Source: an uncultured Alphaproteobacteria bacterium
Lineage (GTDB): Bacteria; Pseudomonadota; Alphaproteobacteria; CAVTAV01
NCBI GenBank assembly: GCA_963822835.1
Contig: CAWGIZ010000010.1
Span: 29,252-93,251 of the forward strand
Reading direction: 5' to 3'
DNA: 64,000 nucleotides
This document shows positions 43,287-51,372 of the stretch, in pieces. Both the position numbers and the translations under genes were made by a program. The number at the start of each line of letters is the position of its first letter. Within the stretch, counting starts at the first letter, position 1. Under the pieces are notes generated by a model. It saw only the letters and a program-made list of their open reading frames with translations, searched no databases and had not been told where the DNA came from.

Positions 43287-44244
43287 CTATGATTGGCGCG
43301 TCAGCGTGTGCAGGGTCACTTCCGGCGGACAGTTGAGCCTGACGTCGACGATCGAGGTCCCCGCGCCGACCGAGGTGTAGCCGATCATCCGGTGATGGGT
43401 CCACGCTCCCCGGCCGAGACGGCGCGGCATGGTCGAATCGAGCGTGATCGGCACCTCGCCCGGCAGACAGATCTGGCCGCCATGGGTATGGCCGCACAGC
43501 ATCACGCTGAAATCGGCATGGGCCGCCTGACGAAAGATCTCCGGCGTGTGCGAGAGCAGGATCGAGACCTCGTCATGGGGGATCGCGGAGGCCGCCTTCT
43601 CGATATTGTCGGCATGGAAGAAATGCGCGTCGTCGATCCCGGCGAGGTGGAGACGCTGGCCGTCGCGCGTCAGGGTCACGGCCTCGTTCAGCAGCATCCG
43701 GATGCCCATCTCCTCGAGCGCCGGGCACCATGCGGATCGAATCGTGATTGCCGAGCACGGCATAGACCGGATTCTTGAGATGCGTCACGATCCGCGCCAT
43801 GCCCTCGAGCGCGGCCTCGTAAGGGCCATAGGTGCGGCCGCGATAGTCGCCGGTCAGGACGCACAGATCGTAGTCGAGATCCCGCACGATCTCGATCAGC
43901 CGGTCCATCGCGCGCGGATTGGTGTCGACATGCATGTCGGTGATATGCAGCAGGCGGTAGCCCTCGAAGGCGGGCGGCAGATCCTCGAGACGGATGGTGT
44001 TGTGCCGGAGCGCGAGCCGCGTCGCGTTGCGGCGGCCGAGCCAGTAAAGGCCGGAGAGCTTCAGCGCCGCGCGGATCAGGCCGTGGATCGAATACCAGTT
44101 CTCGACATGGAAGACATGCCGGCCGCGCTGGAAGATATGATGCTCGTATTCCGCCTCCAGCCCCAGCCGCTGGCGGGCGTGGAGACGTCCCAGTCGGGTT
44201 TCGAGCTTGGCGATCAGGTCGCCGGCATTGGCATCGTCATACAT
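43287..44244 (-). pseudogene. calcineurin-like metallophosphoesterase; one frame break near 43750
   Basis: YRLLHITDMHVD; DLCVLTGDY; YAVLGNHD; after the shift LLSHTPEIF..MLCGHTHGGQI. Start ATG 44244. Confidence 0.8.
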
Positions 44245-44339
44245 GGGCGCTTCCGGCCGCCCGCGGAGTGGCGGCTCAGAGCGTCCTATCACAAATGGAG
44301 CGGGGGCGGGGAGAGGGTTCTTGCCCGACGGGGCGCCGC

Positions 44340-45092
44340 TCACGGCTCGCGGAAGGTTGCCTGGAGGCGCGTGATCTCGTCGCACAAGGTCCGGCGCGCT
44401 TCCAGAAGACCGTTCGCAAGGCTCCAGCTCTGCATGTTGTTCTGCAGGCCCATCATGGCGAAGGCGCCGGTGATCTTGTTGGCGGTCAGCCCGGCGACAA
44501 CCTTCTCGCGGCGCACCGCGCATTCCCGGATCGTCGCCGTCGACGTGGCAAGCACGGCGGCGGTGTTCCTGAGATGCGCCGCAGTGATCGGCACGACCTT
44601 CGCCCGGCTCGCCGCGCGCGCGGCCTTGGCGCACGCCTCGTCGACGAACCCGCCCGGCATGGGGCAGGCCTGGATCGCCTTGGCGTGGGCGTCCTCGACC
44701 ACCTTCAAGGCCGCCTCGGTCTGTTCCGCGACCGGCTGGGTGGCGGTCAGTCCGCCGAGCCCATCGTCGCCGCACTGGCCGAGGCTCGAATCGTTCGCCG
44801 CCTCGATCGCCGCGCCCTGCTCGTCGCTCACCGGGCCGCTCATGGTGCTCATCATGGTCTGCTGGATCGCCGTCGCGCCCGCCTGCATCCCGGCCTGGAA
44901 GATCTCCTGCAGCGGCGCCTTCGAGGCCGGATCGAGATTGATCGCGGCGCAATTGAGCGCCGAGGGCGATGAAGGCAGGGGCGGGATCATGTCGATGGCC
45001 GCCGACGGCGCCATCCCGGCTTTCGCGCCCGCCGCTCCAAGGGAAACGCACGCGCAGAATACACCCGCCATCAGCCGAACGGCACGGTCCAT
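44340..45092 (-). CDS. secreted Cys-containing hypothetical protein
   Basis: Intact 250 aa with signal peptide MDRAVRLMAGVFCACVSLGAAGAKA and strong GC3 bias. The overlapping 492-aa same-strand ORF is Arg/Gly-rich nonsense upstream of 44244. Confidence 0.6.
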   Translation of the reverse strand: MDRAVRLMAGVFCACVSLGAAGAKAGMAPSAAIDMIPPLPSSPSALNCAAINLDPASKAPLQEIFQAGMQAGATAIQQTMMSTMSGPVSDEQGAAIEAANDSSLGQCGDDGLGGLTATQPVAEQTEAALKVVEDAHAKAIQACPMPGGFVDEACAKAARAASRAKVVPITAAHLRNTAAVLATSTATIRECAVRREKVVAGLTANKITGAFAMMGLQNNMQSWSLANGLLEARRTLCDEITRLQATFREP

Positions 45093-45255
45093 GACACTCC
45101 TCCCGGAGCGAGTTCAGTTATGAATAGAGCCAGCCACAACCCGCCGCTTCCCGCGTCAGACGAGCCGCGGCGGTGCGCGGAAACGATGCCGCGAAACGCC
45201 TCTCCGCGCAACGGGAATTGTACGCCTGAGGACGGGGCCAGGACGGCGCGGACGC

Positions 45256-45615
45256 CTAGTCCTTTTCCTCGATGGAATCGACCTTGTTCGGATAGAACGC
45301 GACGTGATCCTTGATCTCCTCCACCGCCTTGTGCGGCTTCTCATAGGACCATACGGCGTGCTGCCCGAGCTCGTGATCGAGGATGCTGAAATAGGACGCG
45401 TCACCCTTGTAGGGGCACTCGGTCGTGTGGGTGGTGCGGGCCAGCTTCAGCATGTCCACGTCGATGCGCGGAATGTAATGCACCGGCGGATAATTGGCTT
45501 CCTTCAGGGTCTTCGCATTGCGCGTATCCGCGATGGTCTGGCCCTTGACCTTCACGACCACCCGCTTCGGGTTCTTGGCGATCGTGATGGGATGATCCGG
45601 TCCGGGTTCTTTCAT
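45256..45615 (-). CDS. DUF427 domain protein
   Basis: Intact 119 aa. ..ANYPPVHYIPRIDVDM..TTHTTECPYKGDASYFSI..AVWSYEKP.. Confidence 0.75.
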   Translation of the reverse strand: MKEPGPDHPITIAKNPKRVVVKVKGQTIADTRNAKTLKEANYPPVHYIPRIDVDMLKLARTTHTTECPYKGDASYFSILDHELGQHAVWSYEKPHKAVEEIKDHVAFYPNKVDSIEEKD

Positions 45616-45764
45616 GGTGCTGTCTCCTTCTCCAGTGACCAGACTTTATCTGGTGTGCCGGTAACGTCCGCGCACGCTTTTTGTCGCGGTGGCCTCGTCG
45701 CTTGACACGCTTCGTCCGCAATTCGAGACTTCCGGAGCACCATCCGCGAACAAGGACAAGCAAC

Positions 45765-46763
45765 ATGGAACAGCGCCTGCTCGGCAGCACCGGCCGGACC
45801 GTTTCGGCCATGGGCCTCGGCCTCATGGGCATGTCGGCCTTTTACGGACCCCTGGACCGGACGGAATGCATCCGCACCATCCATCAGGCGCTCGACGAGG
45901 GCGTCACGATCCTCGACACCGGGGATTTCTACGGCATGGGGCACAACGAGCTGCTGCTCGGCGAGGCGCTCAAGGGGCGGAAGCGGGAGGATGCCTTCGT
46001 CTCGGTCAAGTTCGGCGCGCTGCGCACGCCGGACGGGGCGTTCATGGGCTATGACGCGCGGCCGCAGGCGCTGAAGAATTTCCTCTCTTATACGCTGGTG
46101 CGCACCGGCCTCGACTATATCGATCTCTATCAGCCGGCGCGCGTCGATCCGGCGGTGCCGATCGAGGAGACCGTCGGCGCGATCAAGGACATGATCGACC
46201 GGGGCTATATCCGCCATGTCGGCCTGTCGGAAGCGGGCTCGGACACCCTCCGGCGCGCGAGCAAGGTCCACCCCATCGCCTGGCTGCAGATCGAATATTC
46301 GCTCCTGTCGCGCGACATCGAGGAGTCGGTGATGCCGACCGCTCGCTCGCTCGATATCGCGATCAATCCCTATGGCGTCCTGAATCGCGGCCTGCTCTCC
46401 GGCAACTGGTCGCGCGAGCGCTCGATGGAAGGCACCGGTCTCCGCTCCGTCATGCCGCGCTTCACCGGCGATAATCTGGACCGGAACCTGCGTCTCGTCG
46501 AAGGTCTCCGGCGCATCGCCAACGACAAGCGCATCACCGTCGCCCAGCTCGCCATCGCCTGGGTGCTGGCGCAGGGCAAGGACATCATCCCGGTGATCGG
46601 CTCCCGGTCGCGGGGGCAACTGAACGATGCGCTCTCGGCGCTCAATGTCCGGCTGACGCCCGAGGATCTCGCGCGGATCGAGGCCGCGGTGCCGAAGGGT
46701 TCGGCCGCCGGCGACCGCTATCCCACCGAACATATGCACGCGCTCGACAGCGAAAGAGGCTGA
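45765..46763 (+). CDS. aldo/keto reductase
   Basis: From MEQRLLGSTGRTVSAMGLGLMGMS: LDTGDFYGMGHNELLLGEAL; IRHVGLSEAG; IPVIGSRSRGQLNDAL. Confidence 0.88.
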   Translation: MEQRLLGSTGRTVSAMGLGLMGMSAFYGPLDRTECIRTIHQALDEGVTILDTGDFYGMGHNELLLGEALKGRKREDAFVSVKFGALRTPDGAFMGYDARPQALKNFLSYTLVRTGLDYIDLYQPARVDPAVPIEETVGAIKDMIDRGYIRHVGLSEAGSDTLRRASKVHPIAWLQIEYSLLSRDIEESVMPTARSLDIAINPYGVLNRGLLSGNWSRERSMEGTGLRSVMPRFTGDNLDRNLRLVEGLRRIANDKRITVAQLAIAWVLAQGKDIIPVIGSRSRGQLNDALSALNVRLTPEDLARIEAAVPKGSAAGDRYPTEHMHALDSERG

Positions 46764-46798
46764 CCGCCCGCCGGAGGCTGACCGCCAGTCGGGGCCGG

Positions 46799-47815
46799 TC
46801 AACGATCAGGCGGCGCTTTGCGCGTCGTCCCTGGCCTGGTCCGCCGGTCCGCCCGGTGCAGCACGACCCGGTCGCGGCCTGCCGCCTTGGCCGCGTAGAG
46901 GGCCTGATCGGCCTGTTCGATCAGGGCGTCGATGCCGGACCCGGATCTCTCGACACTGGGCCTCTCGACACCGGATCTCTCGATACTGGCGAGCCCGATG
47001 CTGACCGTGACCTTGGCGGGCTTCGACCCGGCGCCGGCGGCGGTCTCCGGGATGGCCAGTTCCTGAACGCTTTGGCGCAGCCGCTCCGCCGCCGCGAGCG
47101 CCACGTCGGCGCTGGTATGGGGCAACAGGCAGATGAATTCCTCGCCGCCCCAGCGCGCTATCAGATCCGGTTTGCGCAGATTGGAGGCGAGGTGATGCGC
47201 GACCCCTATCAACACCTGATCACCCGTTGCGTGGCCGAAGCGATCGTTGAACGCCTTGAAGCGGTCGATATCGACCATGGCGAGGGAAAGATCCAGCTTG
47301 TAGCGCCGCGCCGCCTCGAATTCCTGTTCGGCGCGGGCCAGAAAGGCCCGCCGGTTCGCGATGCCGGTCAGCGGATCGGTGTTTGCGAGTTTTTCGAGCT
47401 TGGCTTCGAGCGCCACATGCTTGCTGACGTCGCGCACGATCGCGATATAGACCGGCTCGGCGCCGGCCGTCGTCTTCAGGATCGAGATGTCGGCGGGAAA
47501 TTTCCGGCCGTCGGCCCTGAGCCCGAATGTGTGAAGCAATCGGTCGCTCATGCTCCGGGAGTGCTCCCCCGAGCGGCGGAAGGCCTCGACATGGTGGGCG
47601 TGACCGGCGCGGAAGTCCTCGGGCATGAGAACCTCGATCGGCCGTCCGCGCAAGCGCCGGAGCGAATGGCCGAACATCTTCTGCGCCGCCACGTTCAGAT
47701 AGGCGATCCGCCCGTCCTCGGTGATGATCACGATCCCGTCAGCGCTATTCTCAACGATATAACGATAGAGCGTATCGGAGATGGCCTCCGCGCCCTTTGG
47801 CGGTTCCTCCGTCAA
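46799..47815 (-). CDS. PAS-GGDEF diguanylate cyclase
   Basis: Intact 338 aa. PAS (YRYIVENSADGIVIITEDGRIAYLN); GGDEF with I-site RKPD and active site GGEEF; ..ALYAAKAAGRDRV. Confidence 0.9.
   Translation of the reverse strand: MTEEPPKGAEAISDTLYRYIVENSADGIVIITEDGRIAYLNVAAQKMFGHSLRRLRGRPIEVLMPEDFRAGHAHHVEAFRRSGEHSRSMSDRLLHTFGLRADGRKFPADISILKTTAGAEPVYIAIVRDVSKHVALEAKLEKLANTDPLTGIANRRAFLARAEQEFEAARRYKLDLSLAMVDIDRFKAFNDRFGHATGDQVLIGVAHHLASNLRKPDLIARWGGEEFICLLPHTSADVALAAAERLRQSVQELAIPETAAGAGSKPAKVTVSIGLASIERSGVERPSVERSGSGIDALIEQADQALYAAKAAGRDRVVLHRADRRTRPGTTRKAPPDR
46941..46985. repeat. in-frame tandem repeat (15-nt units; A-B-A' pattern) inside the GGDEF domain
   Basis: ccggatctctcgaca / ctgggcctctcgaca / ccggatctctcgata, encoding SIERSGVERPSVERSG in the loop between ..TVSIGLA and ..ALIEQAD. 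Confidence 0.75.
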
Positions 47816-47936
47816 TCGACCCCCGTCGACATAAGTCCGTACAGATACAATCCCGAAGCCCGAACAGTAGCCGGTCCACCCCTAAGCAAGGATTAACCCT
47901 AATTCCGTTTCGCCCGGTCTTCCGGCGTTCATGGAC

Positions 47937-47992
47937 CGTTAATGCGAGTCATTTGCATTTCTTGTTGATTATGAGAATGACTCGCATTAACG
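47937..47992. promoter_or_regulatory. perfect 17-bp inverted repeat (22-nt spacer) in the TonB-receptor promoter; candidate metalloregulator operator
   Basis: CGTTAATGCGAGTCATT (47937-47953) and AATGACTCGCATTAACG (47976-47992). The spacer/right arm GATTATGAGAATGACTCGC matches 13/19 of the classical Fur box. AT-rich island about 107 nt upstream of ATG 48099. Confidence 0.5.
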
Positions 47993-48098
47993 TTCGCTTC
48001 GGCGGGTGGATCCAACGCCCCGCCCCGACCGTTCCCGGGACCTCCGCCCCGGATCGGTCCGGCCCACTGAAAAATCAAATCTCCACGGGGAAGTGACA

Positions 48099-50477
48099 AT
48101 GCTTACGAACGAAAGATCCGCCGCGATAGTTCCGGCCACGTTACGACGCTATGGCCGGCGGCCGGTGGCGGGTGTCGGGCTCGTGTCGGCCACGGCGCTG
48201 GCGCTTGCCGCCGGCCCTGCGCTCGGTGCGAGCGGTGCGGTCACCGCCGGCCAAGGCACCATCGGCCAAGCCACCATGGGTCAGGGCGCCGCCAGCCAGG
48301 CCGAAGCCGCCGCGCCGGTCACCGTCGCCCAGGCCGGCGAGCCCACCGACACCTATATCGTGACGGGCCATCAGGTGGGCGAGAACCCGTTCGCCGATCC
48401 CGCGGCGCCCTACAAGATCGACCGCTCGGCCTCCGGCAAGCTCACCGAGCCGCTGCTCAACACGCCGAAATCCGTGACCGTCATTCCGAAGGAGCTGATC
48501 GACGATACCGGCGCCACGAGCTTCAAGGACGTGATGCGGACCCAGCCCGGCGTCACCCTCGGCACCGGCGAGGGCGGCAACGCTTTCGGCGACCGCTTCT
48601 TCATTCGTGGCTTCGACGCCCGCAACGACGTCTATATCGACGGCGTGCGCGATCCCGGCGTCACCTCCCGCGAGACCTTCGCCATCCAGCAGGTCGAGAT
48701 CCTCAAGGGGCCGAGCTCGGCCTTCGCCGGCCGCGGCACCACCGGAGGGGCGGTCAGCCTGATCTCGAAGCAGCCGCAATCGATGCTGTTCGCCGACGCC
48801 GAGGCGACGCTCGGCACGTCGGACCTGAAGCGCGTGACCACCGACATCAACGCCCCGATCACGGACAATCTCGCGATCAGGCTGAACGCGCTCTATCACG
48901 AGTCCGACACGCCGGGCCGCGACTATGTGTTCGACAAGCGGAACGGCATCGCGGCGGCGGTTACCTACGACATGACCCCGCATGTGCGCCTGTCGGCCGA
49001 CTACTACCATCTCGACGAAGATTCGATGCCGGATTTCGGCATCCCCTACGACACCGCCAACAACCGGCCATTCGCGGTGGACCGCAGCAATTTCTATGGC
49101 CTGACCGCGCGCGACTTCCGCCACAACCGCGCCGATATCGGCACCGGCTCGGCCCGGATCAATGTCACCGACTGGGTCACCTTCAAGACGCTTCTCCGGT
49201 ACGGCGAGACCACGAACCGCTATGTCGTTTCGGCGCCGGAACGCCCGAATACCTCCGACCCGGATCCGGCGAACTGGACGGTTCAGGCGAGCCCGAAGAA
49301 CCGCAACGCCGAGAACAAATATGTCGCCAACCAGACCGACATGACGTTCGCCTTCGACACCGGCCCGGTCTCGCACGAAACGGTCGTCGGCTTCGAATAC
49401 AGCAACGAGAAGATCGTCAACCAGCCCTTCGCCTTCCTCGACTCCGAGGACCCGTCCACCGGCGACATCATCTCGCCCAACACCATCATCCAGAACATCC
49501 AGCACCCCAACGCGCTGCAGCCCTGGCCGTTCGGCGTGACGGCCGGCTCGAGCCTGACCCGCACCGAGGTCGATTCAAAAGCGGGCTATGTGCTGGAGAC
49601 CATGAAATTCGGCGACCGTTTCAGGCTGCTCGGCGGCTTGCGCTACGACAGCTATTCGATCGATCTCCTGTCCATCGGGGGGCGTTCGCCGGGCTCCCGC
49701 TCGAATAATTCGAGCTTCTGGAACTGGTATGCCGGCGGGGTCTACAAGCCGCGGGAAAACGGCAGCATCTATATCTCCTACGGCTCGTCCTCGAACCCGT
49801 CCGGCGCGGATGTGGACGCGACCGGCACGGCCTATGGCGGCCTTTCGGACAGCGTCGCGGGCCTCGATCCCGAGCGTAACAAGTCCTGGGAGCTCGGCAC
49901 CAAATGGAATGTGCTCGAGCAGCATCTCAATCTCTCGGCGGCGGTGTTCCGGATCGACAAGGTCAATGCCCGGGTCACCACCGGCGGCGGCTTCGGCGGC
50001 ACGCCGGAGGTGACCATTCTCGACGGCATGGTGCGGGTCGACGGCATCGAGCTCGGCGCGAGCGGCAACATCACCGAGCGCTGGAGCGTGTTCGGCGGCG
50101 TGACGCTGCTCGACACCAAGATCCGCCGCTCCGCGAACCCGGCCGAGGTCGGCGCCAAGCTTCCCAACGTATCCGAGACCAGCTTCAGCATGACCACGCG
50201 CTATCAGGTACTGGACAATCTCCATCTTGGCGGCACGGCGACCTATGCGTCGAAGAAATTCGGCGGCACCACGGTGGCGGGCTCGACCTATGTTCCGGGC
50301 TACTGGCGGTTCGATGCTTTCGGCGGCTACCGGGTCAGCGAAAAGGTGGGCGTCAGCTTCGCGGTGCTCAACCTGACCAACAAGACCTATTACGACGCCC
50401 TCTACCGCTCGTCCGCTCCCTTCACCTATGTCGCTCCCGGCCGTTCGGCGCAGGTGACGGTCGACGTCGACTTCTGA
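48099..50477 (+). CDS. TonB-dependent siderophore receptor (catecholate/Fiu-PiuA-like)
   Basis: From MLTNERSAAIV. Signal peptide and Gly/Ala-rich linker. Plug domain (TPKSVTVIPKELIDDTGATSFKDVMRTQPGV; FFIRGFDARNDVYIDGVRD). Terminal ..GRSAQVTVDVDF. Followed by a PiuC-type gene. Confidence 0.9.
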   Translation: MLTNERSAAIVPATLRRYGRRPVAGVGLVSATALALAAGPALGASGAVTAGQGTIGQATMGQGAASQAEAAAPVTVAQAGEPTDTYIVTGHQVGENPFADPAAPYKIDRSASGKLTEPLLNTPKSVTVIPKELIDDTGATSFKDVMRTQPGVTLGTGEGGNAFGDRFFIRGFDARNDVYIDGVRDPGVTSRETFAIQQVEILKGPSSAFAGRGTTGGAVSLISKQPQSMLFADAEATLGTSDLKRVTTDINAPITDNLAIRLNALYHESDTPGRDYVFDKRNGIAAAVTYDMTPHVRLSADYYHLDEDSMPDFGIPYDTANNRPFAVDRSNFYGLTARDFRHNRADIGTGSARINVTDWVTFKTLLRYGETTNRYVVSAPERPNTSDPDPANWTVQASPKNRNAENKYVANQTDMTFAFDTGPVSHETVVGFEYSNEKIVNQPFAFLDSEDPSTGDIISPNTIIQNIQHPNALQPWPFGVTAGSSLTRTEVDSKAGYVLETMKFGDRFRLLGGLRYDSYSIDLLSIGGRSPGSRSNNSSFWNWYAGGVYKPRENGSIYISYGSSSNPSGADVDATGTAYGGLSDSVAGLDPERNKSWELGTKWNVLEQHLNLSAAVFRIDKVNARVTTGGGFGGTPEVTILDGMVRVDGIELGASGNITERWSVFGGVTLLDTKIRRSANPAEVGAKLPNVSETSFSMTTRYQVLDNLHLGGTATYASKKFGGTTVAGSTYVPGYWRFDAFGGYRVSEKVGVSFAVLNLTNKTYYDALYRSSAPFTYVAPGRSAQVTVDVDF

Positions 50478-50499
50478 CGCGGTCGTCGCCTAAACTTCC

Positions 50500-50531
50500 G
50501 GTCCCGTCCGGTCTCCTTTCCGGGCGGGACC
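50500..50531 (+). terminator. hairpin downstream of the TonB receptor (weak T-tract)
   Basis: GGTCCCGTCCGG-(8 nt)-CCGGGCGGGACC (12-bp stem with one G-U), followed by GCCTTTG. Confidence 0.45.
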
Positions 50532-50561
50532 GCCTTTGTCGAGAATGGTGAAAACGGACAT

Positions 50562-51245
50562 ATGCTGCTCAGTATCCCGAATGTATTGACCGCTGCCGAG
50601 GCCGCGAGTTTCCGCGAAGCGCTCGAAGGCGCGGAATGGATCGACGGCCGGGTGACCGCCGGCACCCAGTCGGGCGCGGTGAAGCACAACCGGCAGCTTC
50701 CCGAGAAATCGCCCGTGGCGATCGAGCTCGGCAACCGGATCATCGACGCGCTGGGAGCCTGCCCCTTGTTCGTTTCGGCGGCGTTACCCTTGAAGACCTT
50801 CCCGCCGCTGTTCAATCGCTATGAGGGCGGCGAGCATTTCGGCACCCATATCGACAATGCGATCCGGCCGGTGAAGGGCACGTCGGTGCGCGTCCGCACC
50901 GATCTTTCGGCGACGCTGTTCCTCACCGATCCGGAGGATTACGACGGCGGCGAGCTGGCCATCGAGACCGCGTTCGGCGCGCAGGAAGTGAAGCTGCCGG
51001 CGGGCGACATGGTGCTCTATCCCGCCTCGAGCCTGCATCATGTAAAGCCGGTGACGCGCGGCGCGCGGGTCTCCTCCTTCTTCTGGATTCAGAGCATGGT
51101 GCGGAACGATTCCGACCGCGCCATCCTGTTCGATCTCGATCAGACGATTCAGGATCTCGCGGGCGAGCGCGGCGTCGACGATGCGCAGGTCGTCCGCCTG
51201 TCCGGCATCTATCACAACATGATCCGCCGCTGGGCGGATACCTGA
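50562..51245 (+). CDS. Fe(II)/2-oxoglutarate-dependent PKHD-type hydroxylase (PiuC/YbiX family)
   Basis: Intact 227 aa. [27 protein letters not shown] (HxD) ..[19 protein letters not shown]. Confidence 0.88.
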   Translation: MLLSIPNVLTAAEAASFREALEGAEWIDGRVTAGTQSGAVKHNRQLPEKSPVAIELGNRIIDALGACPLFVSAALPLKTFPPLFNRYEGGEHFGTHIDNAIRPVKGTSVRVRTDLSATLFLTDPEDYDGGELAIETAFGAQEVKLPAGDMVLYPASSLHHVKPVTRGARVSSFFWIQSMVRNDSDRAILFDLDQTIQDLAGERGVDDAQVVRLSGIYHNMIRRWADT

Positions 51246-51372
51246 TCGCCGTCATCGCCATTTCCGTTAACCACGTTTCGTATATGATCGGCGGGACGGA
51301 ACCGGCGCGCGCCGGAGCCGTTGGTTGACTCGATCCTTCTCGAGGGACATCCGCGCACCCGGAGGCCCGATC

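Noticed and set aside
43546-45123. 525-aa plus ORF and the N-terminal 269 aa of the 492-aa minus ORF (44245-45051)
   Set aside because: These overlap the metallophosphoesterase and the secreted 250-aa protein. Only 43287-44244 (phosphoesterase motifs) and 44340-45092 (signal peptide, balanced composition) look coding.
48001-48098. Cobalamin riboswitch in the TonB-receptor leader (GCCCACTG resembles the GCCACTG box)
   Set aside because: The leader is too short and lacks the other B12-element motifs. The receptor is paired with a PiuC-type gene, which points to siderophore rather than B12 uptake.
48141-49505. 454-aa minus ORF
   Set aside because: It is antisense to the TonB-dependent receptor.
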